Shown: positions 28,748 to 39,200 of the stretch, piece after piece
Numbering within the stretch: position 1 is the first letter of the stretch
Layout: every line of letters starts with the position of its first letter
Assembly: GCA_963795085.1 (NCBI GenBank)
Contig: CAWCFX010000003.1
Span: 160,001 to 224,000 of the forward strand
Origin: an uncultured Gemmatimonadales bacterium
GTDB lineage: Bacteria > Gemmatimonadota > Gemmatimonadetes > Gemmatimonadales > GWC2-71-9
Length of the DNA stretch: 64,000 nt
Direction: 5' to 3'
The notes under the pieces: model-generated
What the model was told of the DNA's origin: nothing
The model's database searches: none
What the model saw: only the letters and a program-made list of their open reading frames with translations
Position numbers and translations under genes: made by a program

Positions 28748-29191
28748 CTATACGAGAACCCCGGTGCGCCATCGCCAGATCCTGGCCAGGAGGTCGTCGA
28801 GGAATCCATTGATCACGAAGGCGTCCACCGCCGCCGCGGTGGCGGCCCGGTCCATGCCCCACAGGCTGGCCCGCTTGAGTTCGCCTTCGAACTCCGCCTG
28901 GATGAAGACTCGTTCCTCCTGGCTCCAGACGGTCGGAAGTCCATCGCTGAACTGCTGGGCGACGCCGTTCACCCCGGGCCCGCCCACGGCGATGGTGGGA
29001 TTCAAATGAAATATCCGGTTCTCGAGGTACCAGGCATCGCCCACCACGACAGCGCGGCGGAAAGCGTGCCCCGCCCCCCGGCGGTCAATCTCTTCCTTGA
29101 GCCGGTAGGCCAGCGGGCGGTCCCGCTCCTCCGCCCGGATGTCGGTCCCGGTGACGAGAATGATGGTTTCTTCGGTATCAACCAGTTTCAT
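28748..29191 (-). CDS. hypothetical protein (147 aa)
   Basis: ATGA-coupled to the upstream gene; GC3-biased codons; IAVGGPGVN motif. Confidence 0.8.
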   Translation of the reverse strand: MKLVDTEETIILVTGTDIRAEERDRPLAYRLKEEIDRRGAGHAFRRAVVVGDAWYLENRIFHLNPTIAVGGPGVNGVAQQFSDGLPTVWSQEERVFIQAEFEGELKRASLWGMDRAATAAAVDAFVINGFLDDLLARIWRWRTGVLV

Positions 29192-30066
29192 GGATTCGGT
29201 GTGTCGTCTGGTAAGGGAGGAAGCGGCGTTTCGCGCTGGGCCCGCTCGAATTCACGCTCCCGCTGCTTCCGCTCCCGGATGTCACGAATGACCCGTTTGA
29301 ACTCTTCCATGTTGTCGGCCCGGCGCGCGGCACGCTCGATGTCGGCCCGCAGGTCCATCAGGTGGTTATAGGCCCGGGCCTGGTCGAGGTTCCCCTGCGG
29401 CAGCGGCAAGAGCGCGAGGACCGCCGCGGGAATCTTGAGTCCCCCAATATAAATGAACCGGGAATCGAGACCGAACTTGCTCCCCGCCACGTTGGTCGTC
29501 CAATCGGGCAGCCTGATGCCCCCCGCCCCGGGCTCCGCCGCCAGCGAATCGAGGAAGGCCTGCATGATGACGGTGACTGCGCTGTCCACGTGCTCGAAAT
29601 GGGCCTCCTCCAGCCGGCGGGCGATCACCTCCGGGGAGACCGGCACGGGACGGACCCACAGGACGCCGTTGCCATAGTCGGGTGCGACCCGGGCATATCC
29701 GGCCCGGCGGGCACCGGCGCCGCTGTCCGCGAGCGGGCGCGCCAGCCGAGGTGCCAGCGGCAGGAAGGCGTCGCGCTGGTCCGGCGGCGGTGCCTCCGGC
29801 CCGGACCGGGCCCGGTCTCCGGACCGCCGCGCTGGTTCCGGGACGGGCAGATCCGGGGCGGGGAGATAGGCGAGTGGTCGCGCGGTGGCCGAGTCCGGGC
29901 GCAACGGCAGCAGGGAGACCGTTCGATCGGGATCGGGCGCGAAGGTGGGGGCGCGGGATTCGATGGGCCCCAGGAACAGGAGGATGTGCACGAGGATACT
30001 GACGCCGATTGCTGCTCGGGGCCACCCACGCTTGCGGGAAAATCGGGGGTCAAACCGCGCCGTCAT
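29188..30066 (-). CDS. membrane-anchored hypothetical protein with TonB/TolA-like SxxxH helix
   Basis: AAIGVSILVHILLFL TM, Pro-rich linker, charged helical C-terminus; ATGA overlaps at both ends. Confidence 0.75.
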   Translation of the reverse strand: MTARFDPRFSRKRGWPRAAIGVSILVHILLFLGPIESRAPTFAPDPDRTVSLLPLRPDSATARPLAYLPAPDLPVPEPARRSGDRARSGPEAPPPDQRDAFLPLAPRLARPLADSGAGARRAGYARVAPDYGNGVLWVRPVPVSPEVIARRLEEAHFEHVDSAVTVIMQAFLDSLAAEPGAGGIRLPDWTTNVAGSKFGLDSRFIYIGGLKIPAAVLALLPLPQGNLDQARAYNHLMDLRADIERAARRADNMEEFKRVIRDIRERKQREREFERAQRETPLPPLPDDTPNP

Positions 30067-30668
30067 CGCACCGGGTTGCTCAGGACTCCGACTCCGGGAA
30101 TCTCCACCTCCACCACGTCCCCCGCGACCAGCCGGCCTACGCCGGCCGGCGTCCCGGTCGCCACCAGGTCACCGGGGACCAGCCGCATGATCCGGCTGAT
30201 ATGCGCAAGCAGGAACGGGATCGAGAACTGCATTTGCGGCGCCTGCCCCCGCTGCCGCTCCACGCCGTTCACCCGGCAGATGACTTCCAGCGTCCTCCAG
30301 TCCAGGCCGGACACCACCTCGGGGCCGGCCGGGCAGAAGGTGTCGAACCCCTTGGCCCGGGCCCATTGCCCGTCGGTCTTCTGCAGGTCACGCGCCGTCA
30401 CGTCGTTGACGCACGTGAAGCCGGCGATCGCACGCTCCGCGTCCGCTTCCGAGGCATGGGACAGGTGGCCCCCCACGATGACCCCGATTTCGGCCTCGTA
30501 CTCGACCTGTTGGGACGCCGCTGGCAGGACAATCGCTTCGCCGGGGCCAATGAGGGCACTGGGCGGCTTGAAGAAGAGCATGGGCTGCTTCGGTACCTCG
30601 TTCCCCAGCTCCCTGGCGTGATCGGCATAGTTCCGGCCCACGCAGACGATCTTCGATGGGTTGATCAG
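30063..30668 (-). CDS. fumarylacetoacetate hydrolase family protein (probable CTG start)
   Basis: SKIVCVGRNY..H..E, FFKP, YEAE, NDVTARD, KGFDTF, GTPAGV. Confidence 0.92.
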   Translation of the reverse strand: MINPSKIVCVGRNYADHARELGNEVPKQPMLFFKPPSALIGPGEAIVLPAASQQVEYEAEIGVIVGGHLSHASEADAERAIAGFTCVNDVTARDLQKTDGQWARAKGFDTFCPAGPEVVSGLDWRTLEVICRVNGVERQRGQAPQMQFSIPFLLAHISRIMRLVPGDLVATGTPAGVGRLVAGDVVEVEIPGVGVLSNPVR

Positions 30669-33187
30669 ACGCTCGCTCCTATCCCATAGCGGGCAAAAAA
30701 GTCTTCACACTTGGTCAATACCTGGGCCCAGTTTCCTACCACTTTCTCCGCCCGGGGCAGGCCCGCGAGAATCAGCGGGCCATAGCGCTTGGTCACGACC
30801 CGTTTGTCGAGCAGGACCACCACGCCCACATCGCTCCGGGAGCGGATCAGCCGGCCGAATCCCTGCTTGAGCTTGAGCGCGGCATGAGGCAGCAGGTAGC
30901 TCATGAAACCGTCCTGCCCCTGCTCCGCCAGCCGCTCCAGCCGGGCCTGGGTGATCGGCTCGCTCGGCACTTTGAAAGGTAGCTTGGTGAGCACCAGGAC
31001 CCGGAGCGCCCGGCCCGGCACGTCCACGCCCTCCCAGAACGAGTCGGTCCCCAGCAGGATGGCGTTGCCGGATTCACGGAACCGCCGAAGCAGTCCGTCC
31101 CGGGAACCCTGCCCCTGCACCAGCAGCGGCCAGCGATGCCCCAGGGTCGCATCCAACTCGGCCGCCACCCGCCGCAGTGCGGAATAGCTGGTAAAGAGCA
31201 CGAACATGCCGCCATCGGATGCATAGGCCAGGTCGGTCACCACCGTGGCGACGGCGGCGGTGTGGCCCGCCTCGTCCTCCCGCGGTTCCGGCAGATCGGT
31301 GGGAATGCCGAACAGGCACTGGGACGGAAAGTCGAAGGGCGAGGGAAGAATCTCGCGCACCGTAACCGGACTGCCCTCGCCGGACAGGCCGATGCGGGAT
31401 TCCAGGAACCCGAAGTCGCCGCCGGCCGCCAGGGTGGCGCTGGTCAGGGTGACGGTGGAAAGTTTGTCGAACAGCAGTTCCTTGAGCAGCGGGGCCAGAT
31501 CCAGCGGCACCGCCGCGAGGCGCACCTGCTGTCCCTTGGAGCCGCTGCGCTCCAGCCAGCGCACCGTGGGCGTGCCGCCGCCGGCCGGACGCAGAGTGGC
31601 ATTGAGAGCATCGGAAACGCTCTCCAGCCTCCGAACCACGGCGCGCAGTTCCAGCATCAGCTGGTCGGGACGCTGCTCCTCCGGCCCGTTGGCCAGCCGG
31701 TCCGCGATGGTCTCCACGTGATCGCGGAGCAGGCGGAAGGCCGCCAGGGTAGCGTCCAGCTCGGCCCCCAGGCCTTCGCGCCACACGTCATCGGCACCGA
31801 AATCGTCGCCCAGCCGCAAGACGTGCCCGGGGACTTTTTCCAGGCGGGCGTGCAGCCGGAGGATCAGGGCCTCCGCCGACCGGCGGGCCTGGCCCAGGGT
31901 CGGCAGCAGGCGTTCACCCAGCAGGTCCAGGCTGGCCCGGCTCATGAGGTCGCTGCGGCGGCTCAGGTCCCAGGAAAGCGCGGGCACCAGTCCCTTGCCG
32001 TTCCGCTCGAACCGGTTGAGCAGACGCCGGATGCCCCCTGAACTGACCTGGTTGCCCAGGTGGTTGGCCGCCACGTCCTCCAGGTGGTGGGCCTCGTCCA
32101 GGACCAGCCGCTGGTAGGGCGGAAGGACGGCGGCTTCAGCCCAGTTGTCCTGGGCCATGCGCACCGAGAGATCGGCGGCGAGCAGGTGATGGTTCACCAC
32201 CACGATGTCCGCCTCGGCGGCCTTGCGCCGGGCGCTGAAAAGAAAGCACCGGTTGAAGTGGCTGCACTTGACCCGGGTACAGAGGTCGGCCTCGGCGCTC
32301 ACTTCGTCCCAGACCTCCGGCGAGGGCTGCACCGGCAGGTCGCTCAGGGTGCCGTCGGCGGTATGCCTGGACCAGCCGGCCAGCCCGTCCAGCTCGTCGT
32401 AGTGCTTCGGCTCCAGCAACGAGCGTTGGCCCAGGAGCGCCTGTTCCATCCGGGAGAGGCAGAGATAGTTGCGCCACCCCTTGAGCAGCGCGAAGGTCGG
32501 CGTATGGTCCTCGGTCGCCAGGGCGTCCCGCAGCATGGGCAGGTCCTTGGCGAAAAGCTGTTCCTGCAGGTTGATGGTGTTGGTGCTGACGACGGTGCGC
32601 TCGCCGTTGGCGCGGGCCCAGGCCAGCGCCGGCACCAGATAGGCGAACGACTTTCCCACGCCCGTGCCCGCCTCCAGCAGCACCACCCCACCGTCATTGT
32701 AGGCATCGCTGATGTAGGCCGCCATGTCCCGCTGGCTGGGCCGGTCTTCGTAGGCGCCCAGGATGCGGGCCACCGGGCCGTGCTCGCCCAGCGTGGCGAC
32801 CACGTCCAGCGGGTCCAGCGGAACGACCCGGCGACTCCGCGGTATCTCAACCACGACATAGAGCGATGTCGCGTCGTTGTTGATGATGCCGAACCCGATA
32901 CCACCATCGTGCACGGTCGCCGCCACGTGGAGGTCGGCGGTGGAAGGGTCCAGCCGGCCGCTGGGATGGTTGTGCAGCAGCATCTCGCCCCGCTGGGCCA
33001 CGCCTGGCAGGGCGAGGACCATGTCCACGGTGCCGCGGGCCACCGTGCGAGCCCCGGTGATACAGCCCGCGTCGTCCACCTGGGCCACAAAGGACACTTC
33101 ACGGCCGCCGGCCGCCGCAATCTCCCCCGCCAGGTGCAACTGTACGGAAGGAGTGATCCGGTGGAGCTGAACGGCGGGATCGGTCAC
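30665..33187 (-). CDS. DinG/YoaA family helicase with N-terminal JAB/RadC-like domain
   Basis: HNHPSG..PS.AD; EAGTGVGKS; Fe-S cysteines (YLC, C...C...C); DEAH; FWEGVD; QGFGRLIR. Confidence 0.93.
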   Translation of the reverse strand: MTDPAVQLHRITPSVQLHLAGEIAAAGGREVSFVAQVDDAGCITGARTVARGTVDMVLALPGVAQRGEMLLHNHPSGRLDPSTADLHVAATVHDGGIGFGIINNDATSLYVVVEIPRSRRVVPLDPLDVVATLGEHGPVARILGAYEDRPSQRDMAAYISDAYNDGGVVLLEAGTGVGKSFAYLVPALAWARANGERTVVSTNTINLQEQLFAKDLPMLRDALATEDHTPTFALLKGWRNYLCLSRMEQALLGQRSLLEPKHYDELDGLAGWSRHTADGTLSDLPVQPSPEVWDEVSAEADLCTRVKCSHFNRCFLFSARRKAAEADIVVVNHHLLAADLSVRMAQDNWAEAAVLPPYQRLVLDEAHHLEDVAANHLGNQVSSGGIRRLLNRFERNGKGLVPALSWDLSRRSDLMSRASLDLLGERLLPTLGQARRSAEALILRLHARLEKVPGHVLRLGDDFGADDVWREGLGAELDATLAAFRLLRDHVETIADRLANGPEEQRPDQLMLELRAVVRRLESVSDALNATLRPAGGGTPTVRWLERSGSKGQQVRLAAVPLDLAPLLKELLFDKLSTVTLTSATLAAGGDFGFLESRIGLSGEGSPVTVREILPSPFDFPSQCLFGIPTDLPEPREDEAGHTAAVATVVTDLAYASDGGMFVLFTSYSALRRVAAELDATLGHRWPLLVQGQGSRDGLLRRFRESGNAILLGTDSFWEGVDVPGRALRVLVLTKLPFKVPSEPITQARLERLAEQGQDGFMSYLLPHAALKLKQGFGRLIRSRSDVGVVVLLDKRVVTKRYGPLILAGLPRAEKVVGNWAQVLTKCEDFFARYGIGASV

Positions 33188-33210
33188 GAGGTAACCAGCA
33201 GGAATTCCAT
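33184..33210 (-). other. candidate leaderless uORF (MEFLLVTS) coupled to the helicase start
   Basis: TAGATT-6nt-ATG; its TGA overlaps the helicase GTG (GTGA). Confidence 0.45.
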
Positions 33211-33243
33211 GGGGGAAATCTAATCGAACGGCGCCGGATGCCC

Positions 33244-34542
33244 CTAGGTCTTGAGCTCGCGTTTTTTTGCCGCCGGGAAGAGCACGTTGTTCAGGATCAG
33301 CCGGTAGCCCGGCGAATGCGGGTGCAGGGAGAGATCGGTCGGCGGATCGCCGATCTGGTGCTGCGGGTCCTCAGGATCGTGCCCGCCAAAGAAGGTCCAG
33401 GTCCCCTGCCCCCGGTCGCCATGGATGTACTTCACCCACTCGGACCCCGGCTCATCCGCCAGCACCGTGACGCCGGGCTTGAGGGTCCGCCGGGTAAACG
33501 AGGTGGTCAGCCCGAAGAAATCGGGGATCACCTCGCGGTGGCTCTGCACCAGCATGGTGGGAACCGGGTCGATCTTGGCGCTGAAGTTGAACAGCTTGAA
33601 ACTGCCCAGCGGCTGCCGCCGGTCGGGCGAGTTGACCTGGTGCCCGTCAATGTCGGAGAACTGGGAGATGGACGCACTCTGATAGAGGTTCGCGCCCTGG
33701 AAGGCAAAGGCGCGGTCCCAGTTCATCTTGCTGTTGGCGTTGGGATCCATCGGCGAGTTGTCCGCGTACTGGGCCGCGATGTCCACGCCTTCGCTGGCCA
33801 GGGCCAGGTCGAGGGTCTCGGTCGCCGTGCACATGGCGAAGAGGAACCCGCCCCGCTCCACGTAGGCCGCAATGGCCTGGGCGACCGCCCGCTTCTCCGC
33901 GGGCACGTGGGGATAGCCCAGGGACTGCGCCATCCGGCTGTTGCGGTCCACCATTTCCACCAGCCAGGGCGTCCCGGCGTAATTGATGAAAAACTTGGAA
34001 TACTGTCCGGTAAAATCCTCGTGGTGCAGGTGCAGCCAGTCGTACTGGCGAAGCCCGTCGCCCAGGACGTCCGGGTCCCAGATCTTCTCAAAATTGATCC
34101 CGGCATACTGCAACGCCATCGTCACCGCGTCATCCCAGGGGGCCGCGTTGGGTGGCGAGTAGATGGCCACTTTGGGCGCCTTCTCCAGCGGCACCGCGTC
34201 CATGTTGCCGTCCTGGATCTCGGCCTTGATCGCTGCCACGGTGCCGTCATCCACCGGCTGGGCGGTGACACCGGCCAGGGCCGCGTCGCGGGCGGTGCCG
34301 CTGTCTCCCGGGACCAGGAAAGAGCCGCCCCGGTAGTTGAGAAACCACTCCGCCTTGCCGCCCCGCTCCAGCAGCCGGAACGTCACCCCGTAGGCCTTCA
34401 GGTGATCGCCCTGCGACTCGTCCATGGGGATAAGCAGCCATGGCGCGGCGGAACCCCGACGGGCGGCGGACGCCCAGGGCCCGGCGGCGGATGCCGCCAC
34501 CAGGCTCGATCCGGTGTACCGGAGAAAATCGCGGCGCTTCAT
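33244..34542 (-). CDS. Tat-exported conserved protein, class I glutamine amidotransferase-like (family often mislabelled asparagine synthetase B)
   Basis: MKRRDFL twin-arginine signal; HLKAYG, WDDAVT, WLHLHHEDFTGQY, GGFLFAMC, GHDPED. Confidence 0.8.
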   Translation of the reverse strand: MKRRDFLRYTGSSLVAASAAGPWASAARRGSAAPWLLIPMDESQGDHLKAYGVTFRLLERGGKAEWFLNYRGGSFLVPGDSGTARDAALAGVTAQPVDDGTVAAIKAEIQDGNMDAVPLEKAPKVAIYSPPNAAPWDDAVTMALQYAGINFEKIWDPDVLGDGLRQYDWLHLHHEDFTGQYSKFFINYAGTPWLVEMVDRNSRMAQSLGYPHVPAEKRAVAQAIAAYVERGGFLFAMCTATETLDLALASEGVDIAAQYADNSPMDPNANSKMNWDRAFAFQGANLYQSASISQFSDIDGHQVNSPDRRQPLGSFKLFNFSAKIDPVPTMLVQSHREVIPDFFGLTTSFTRRTLKPGVTVLADEPGSEWVKYIHGDRGQGTWTFFGGHDPEDPQHQIGDPPTDLSLHPHSPGYRLILNNVLFPAAKKRELKT

Positions 34543-36284
34543 GTGCGGGGCACCGCTCCCCGGATCTCGTCGAGGAGCCGCCGTGCCTGCGGCGTCACGG
34601 CGCTCTCCGGGTATTCGAGGATGACCTGCTCCAGCAGGGTGACGCTTTGTTCATTCTTGCCGGAGTCGGCCAGCAGCCGGGCCAGGTCGAGCAGGGCGGC
34701 GGGTGTCGTGGGGCGGGCGCCACCGGCGATCGCGGCGCGGAAGGAACGCTCCGCTTCCACCGTCTGTCCCCGGGCCCGCTGCAGCCGCCCCACCAGCAGC
34801 TTCAGCTCCGCTCCACCGGCCTCCGGCGCCAGCCGGTCCGCCAGCTGGTCGAGCCCGCTGATCGCTTTCGCGCTGTCCCTCCGCTCCAGGTCGAGCAGCG
34901 CCGCGCCCAGCGACGGCAGGCTGTCCGCCTCGATGGGTTGCAGCAGTGCCAGGAGCGCGGTCCGGCTGGTCGATTCATCCCGGCCGCCGGCGAAGGGTCC
35001 CGCCGAGCGCAGCAGCGTGTTGGCGGCGACGAGGTCGCCGCGAAAGAGCTTGAGCCGGCCGGCGATATCGAGTCCCTCCACTGTGCTGTCGGCGGCGATG
35101 ACCTGGTCCGCGCGATCCAGGTCCCCGGCCCGCGCCCAGCCCACCGCCAGTTTTCGCACCAGCGCCTGGTATTGCTCGGCCGGCATCGCGTCCCGGTGCT
35201 GGGCCAGCTCGCGGGAGGCCTGCTCGACCTTGCCCTCCTCCAGCAGGACCGTCACCAGCGTGCCGCCCGCATCGGCAGCCACCCCGCGGGGGGCGTCGGG
35301 ATCCGCGGCCAGCGCGCTCAGCATGCGGTGGGCAGAGGTACCATCCCCGGCCTCCGCATAGACGCGGGCCGCGTCCAGCCGAAATCTCGATGCCTGCTGC
35401 CCGCCCGTGCGGGTGGCCATGGCCTCGTAAGCCAGACCCTGGGCTTGCCGGGCCTCGCGGGTGGCCAACGGCTGTATCACGTCCAGGAAATGCCGGAGGA
35501 TATCGATCGCCTGCGGGTTGGACGCCGGGAGCGCGGCGGACAGGGTGCGAAACCCGGCGACCGGCTGGCCCCACCGCGCTTCCAGCGAGCCCTGCAGCTG
35601 GCGGGCTTCGCTGCTGCCTTCCTTGGCGAGCTCCCGGAGGATTGAGGGTCGGTTGCGTTCCCCGGCGGCGCTCATCACGTTGACCGCATTCGACCGGTAC
35701 CCGGGAGACCGGCGAACCGCGGCGGACCATTCGCGGGCCGCGGAAGCAAAGTCTTCCTCCAGCATCGCCACCTGCGCCACCTCGGCGGCGAGCGCCTCCG
35801 GCTGCCCCAGCCGGTCCCGGGCCAACTGATAGGTACGGCGGGCCTCCTGCCGGTCCCGCCGGGAGAGCGCGAGGTTCGCCCATTCCCGATAGGGTGCTTC
35901 GTCGTTGGGCTGAATGACAACCCAGAGGTCCAGCGCTTTCCGGGCGCTGTCGGGCCGGTTCTGGGCGGCCCACGCGCGAAGCGCCACGCTATAGACCGCG
36001 CCCGACGTGGGCCGGGCATCGAGCGCCGCCTGGACCTGCGGAATGATCTCGCCGGCCCGGTTGAGCGCGGTGAGGGCGCGCTCCAGTCCCAGCAGCGCGC
36101 CCGGGTCGGCCGGCCGCTCGGCCAGCACAGCGCGGTAAGCATCCGCGGCACCGGCGTAATTGCCCCGGCGCTCCATGTCGAAGGCACGGGTAATCTGGTC
36201 CTGCTGGGCCGCCAGGGGCGCTGCCAAGACCAGGGCCAGCAGGGCCAGCAGCGGAGCGCGTGACCCCTTCCGTCGCATCACCAT
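34539..36284 (-). CDS. secreted tetratricopeptide-repeat protein
   Basis: Signal peptide LLALLALVLAAPLAA-Q; Ala/Leu helical repeats; terminal ILEYPES..TPQAR. Confidence 0.85.
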   Translation of the reverse strand: MVMRRKGSRAPLLALLALVLAAPLAAQQDQITRAFDMERRGNYAGAADAYRAVLAERPADPGALLGLERALTALNRAGEIIPQVQAALDARPTSGAVYSVALRAWAAQNRPDSARKALDLWVVIQPNDEAPYREWANLALSRRDRQEARRTYQLARDRLGQPEALAAEVAQVAMLEEDFASAAREWSAAVRRSPGYRSNAVNVMSAAGERNRPSILRELAKEGSSEARQLQGSLEARWGQPVAGFRTLSAALPASNPQAIDILRHFLDVIQPLATREARQAQGLAYEAMATRTGGQQASRFRLDAARVYAEAGDGTSAHRMLSALAADPDAPRGVAADAGGTLVTVLLEEGKVEQASRELAQHRDAMPAEQYQALVRKLAVGWARAGDLDRADQVIAADSTVEGLDIAGRLKLFRGDLVAANTLLRSAGPFAGGRDESTSRTALLALLQPIEADSLPSLGAALLDLERRDSAKAISGLDQLADRLAPEAGGAELKLLVGRLQRARGQTVEAERSFRAAIAGGARPTTPAALLDLARLLADSGKNEQSVTLLEQVILEYPESAVTPQARRLLDEIRGAVPRT

Positions 36285-36285
36285 G

Positions 36286-39200
36286 TCAGTCCTGGCCCTG
36301 GGATAGTCGCTTGAAATACTCGACCACCAGCCGCCGTTCCTCGGGCGAGAGCTGCTGGAGGGTTTCCCAGTCGGGCATCCGCACCCGGCTGTCGTCGCCC
36401 AGCAGCCGGGTGCGGAGCGCCGGCGGAAGGTGGATGCTGTCCGCGGTGGGCGAGCTGCTCTGGCGCTCCTTGTTTTCGTCCTGCTCCTGGCCCTGCAGGG
36501 TCCGGCCGGCATCGAGCATCCGCCGGAAGAGCCGCTCCTGCCGCTCGACCGTTTCGCGGTCGAGCCGCCCCGATTCGAGCCGGCGGGCCAGGTCCCGCGC
36601 TTCCTGCGCCAGCGCCTCAGCGCCGGGGCTGTTGCCGGCGGCGCGCATCCGCTCCAGTTGCTCCGCCATGGCACGCTGCTGGGACGCCAACTGGCGGATC
36701 TGCTGCTGCATCCCGCTGTTGCCCGCCATCGGCAGCATGCCGGCGGACTGCTGGCTCATCTGGCCCTGCTGGCCGGCCATCTGCTGCATCTGCTCCATCG
36801 CCTCCTGCAGGCCCGACCCGGACCCCGCACCGGACACCTGCGCCCGGCTCCGCACCAGCTGATATGCGGCCGCGTTGAGCGCATCCACCGCCTGCCCCGC
36901 GGCATCGGCGGCGTCCCGCGTGTTGGGCGATCCGCTCGCCACCGATTGCCGGGCCCGCTGCATCTGCCGCGCGGCCACCGACAGGCTTACCGCGATCTGG
37001 GGGGAAACCAGCGCGTTCTTTCCGGAGGCTCCCTGCATCTGCTCCAGCAGCTTCTGCACGCCTTCCTCGAGCGCGCCCTGCTCGCTGCGGGCCGACGCGG
37101 ACGCATCGCCCCGCCGGAAATTCTCGGCCAGCCTCAACTGGCGCTCGGTGAGCCGGGTCGTTTCGGTCATGGCGCGGTCCATCGCCGCCGTCACCTCCTG
37201 CCGCCACTCTTCCTGCATCTCCTGGCGCTGCTGCTGCAACTGTTCGCCAAGCGGGCTCAGGGTCTCCGCCGCCTGCTGGCCCTGCTGCTTGGCCTGCCGG
37301 CGCTGGCCCTGCTTCGCCGACTGGCCGGCCTGCTGCATCTGCTGCGCCGCCTGCCGGGCACGGTCGGCGGCGGCTTCCATGGCATCCCGCCGGTCAGGAT
37401 CCACCTCTCCGGCCAGCCGGTCCAGTTCGGCCGCAAGCGAGTCCGTGCGTGCAGCCAGTTCCTGTTCCGCCGCCGCTGACTTCGCCGGATCCGATTGCTC
37501 GGCTTCCCGGGCCCATTGCTCCTGCTCTTTCGCAATCTCGTCCGATTCGGCGGCCAGGTTGGCCATGTCACCCTCGATCGCCGCCCGCTGGAAGAGGTCC
37601 CGGGCGCGTTCCAGCGCCTCCCGAAGCTGCTGCTGCGCCTCGGCCAGTTGCTGCAAGGCCTCCTTGGCGCGCTCCGGATCCAGCGCGGTAAGGGCCCGCT
37701 GCAGCTCGGCCAAACGTTCTTTCAATTCCGGGGAGAGCGCCCGCTCGAGTTGCTCCTGGATTTCCTTGAGCCGTTCCTGCCAGGCCGGATCGTTGAGACC
37801 GGCCGCCTCGGCGCTCCGCCGCAAATCCTCCAGCGCCTGCTTGAGCGCTTCCGCGCGGTTGAGCATCTCGCTCTGCGCTTCCGCCACCGCCTCGGCGCGC
37901 TTGGCGGATTCGTAGGACATCATCTCGTCGGACTGGCTCCGGTTCTGCCCGCTCGCCGGCCGCTCCCGCTCCCGGGAAAGATCCTCGGTAGCCCGTTCCA
38001 GCCGGCGGCTGTCCGCGGCAAGCGAATCCAGCCGTCCTCCCACGTCGTCGGACGCTTCCCGTGCCGCTGCCCGGACCTCGGCTAAAGTGGCCAGGCGCAG
38101 GACGTATTCCCGGGAGCGGCCCGACTGTCCCACCGGGGAGTTATCCCGCACGCGAACGAAGTAGCGCAGGGTATCGCCGGGAAGCAGGCCCCGCTGGTTA
38201 AAGTCGAAATCGAAGCCGAGAATGGCCCGGTCGGGGCGGGTAGCGGGCAACGACACCGCTTCACGGCGGGGTGGATCAGCCACGCCGAGGCGGCTGACCC
38301 GGCGGCTTTCCAGCTCGACCTCCACCAGCCCGTAATCATCCTGCGCTTCGATGACCAGGGGCAGTCTCAGGCTGAGCGGCGCGATGGTGTCCACGCCGGG
38401 AACAGGAATGGAAACGGTAGGGGCGCTGTCCGGAACAATACGGATCGGCAGAAACACCGTGTCGCCGGCCAGCGGCGCACCGGTCTGGGTAACCAGTTCC
38501 AGCCGGTACTGGCCGGAGGCAACCGGCGTGAACCGGCCCCCAAACCCGGGCCCGTCCACCTCCAGTTGAGCCCGGCCGCCGCTCCAGGTCCACCCGCCGG
38601 ATGCCAGGTCGGCGGTGGCCGCGCCGTCGGTCTGGAGCCGGGTTCCCGCGGGCAGCAGGAGCGTATCGCCGCTGACCGGCACCGGCTCATCCTCGAGTCC
38701 GAGATAGCGCGGATACTGGGCCGTCACGGTCAGGCTGCCCAGGAAAGCCGGAATCCGGACCCGGACCTGGATCGTGTCCGAGGCGCGGCCACCGCTGGTG
38801 AGCCGGGCAAACAGGTCGGTGCGGAGCGGGCCGATGGATTCGGTCGCCCGTCCGGTCGAATCGAGCCGGACCAGTTGATTGCGCCACGGCTCGCCGGGCC
38901 CGCGCAGCCAGAGGGTGGCCTCGTTTCGGCCGACGGCCTTGAGGTGCAGTGCGACGTTCTCGCCCCGGTCCACCGCCGCGCGCTCCGCGCTGAGGGTGAC
39001 CGGAGCCCGCGTCGCTTCCCACGCGGCCCCCGGGTGCCAGAGCGCCGACGCGGGTCCCCGGACCGGACCAGCCGTCAGGAAGACGACCAGGCCGAATGCG
39101 GTGACCACGCCTCCCTGGAGCGCCCGGCCCTTGAGCCGCCGCGTCACCGGGTCGAGCGCCGAAGCGCCGCTGGCCCGGATGTCATCGGCGCGGGCGAAAT

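Noticed and set aside
36660..37700. Gln-rich CAG/CTG low-complexity stretches
   Set aside because: Coiled-coil coding sequence of the DUF4175 protein, normal for the family
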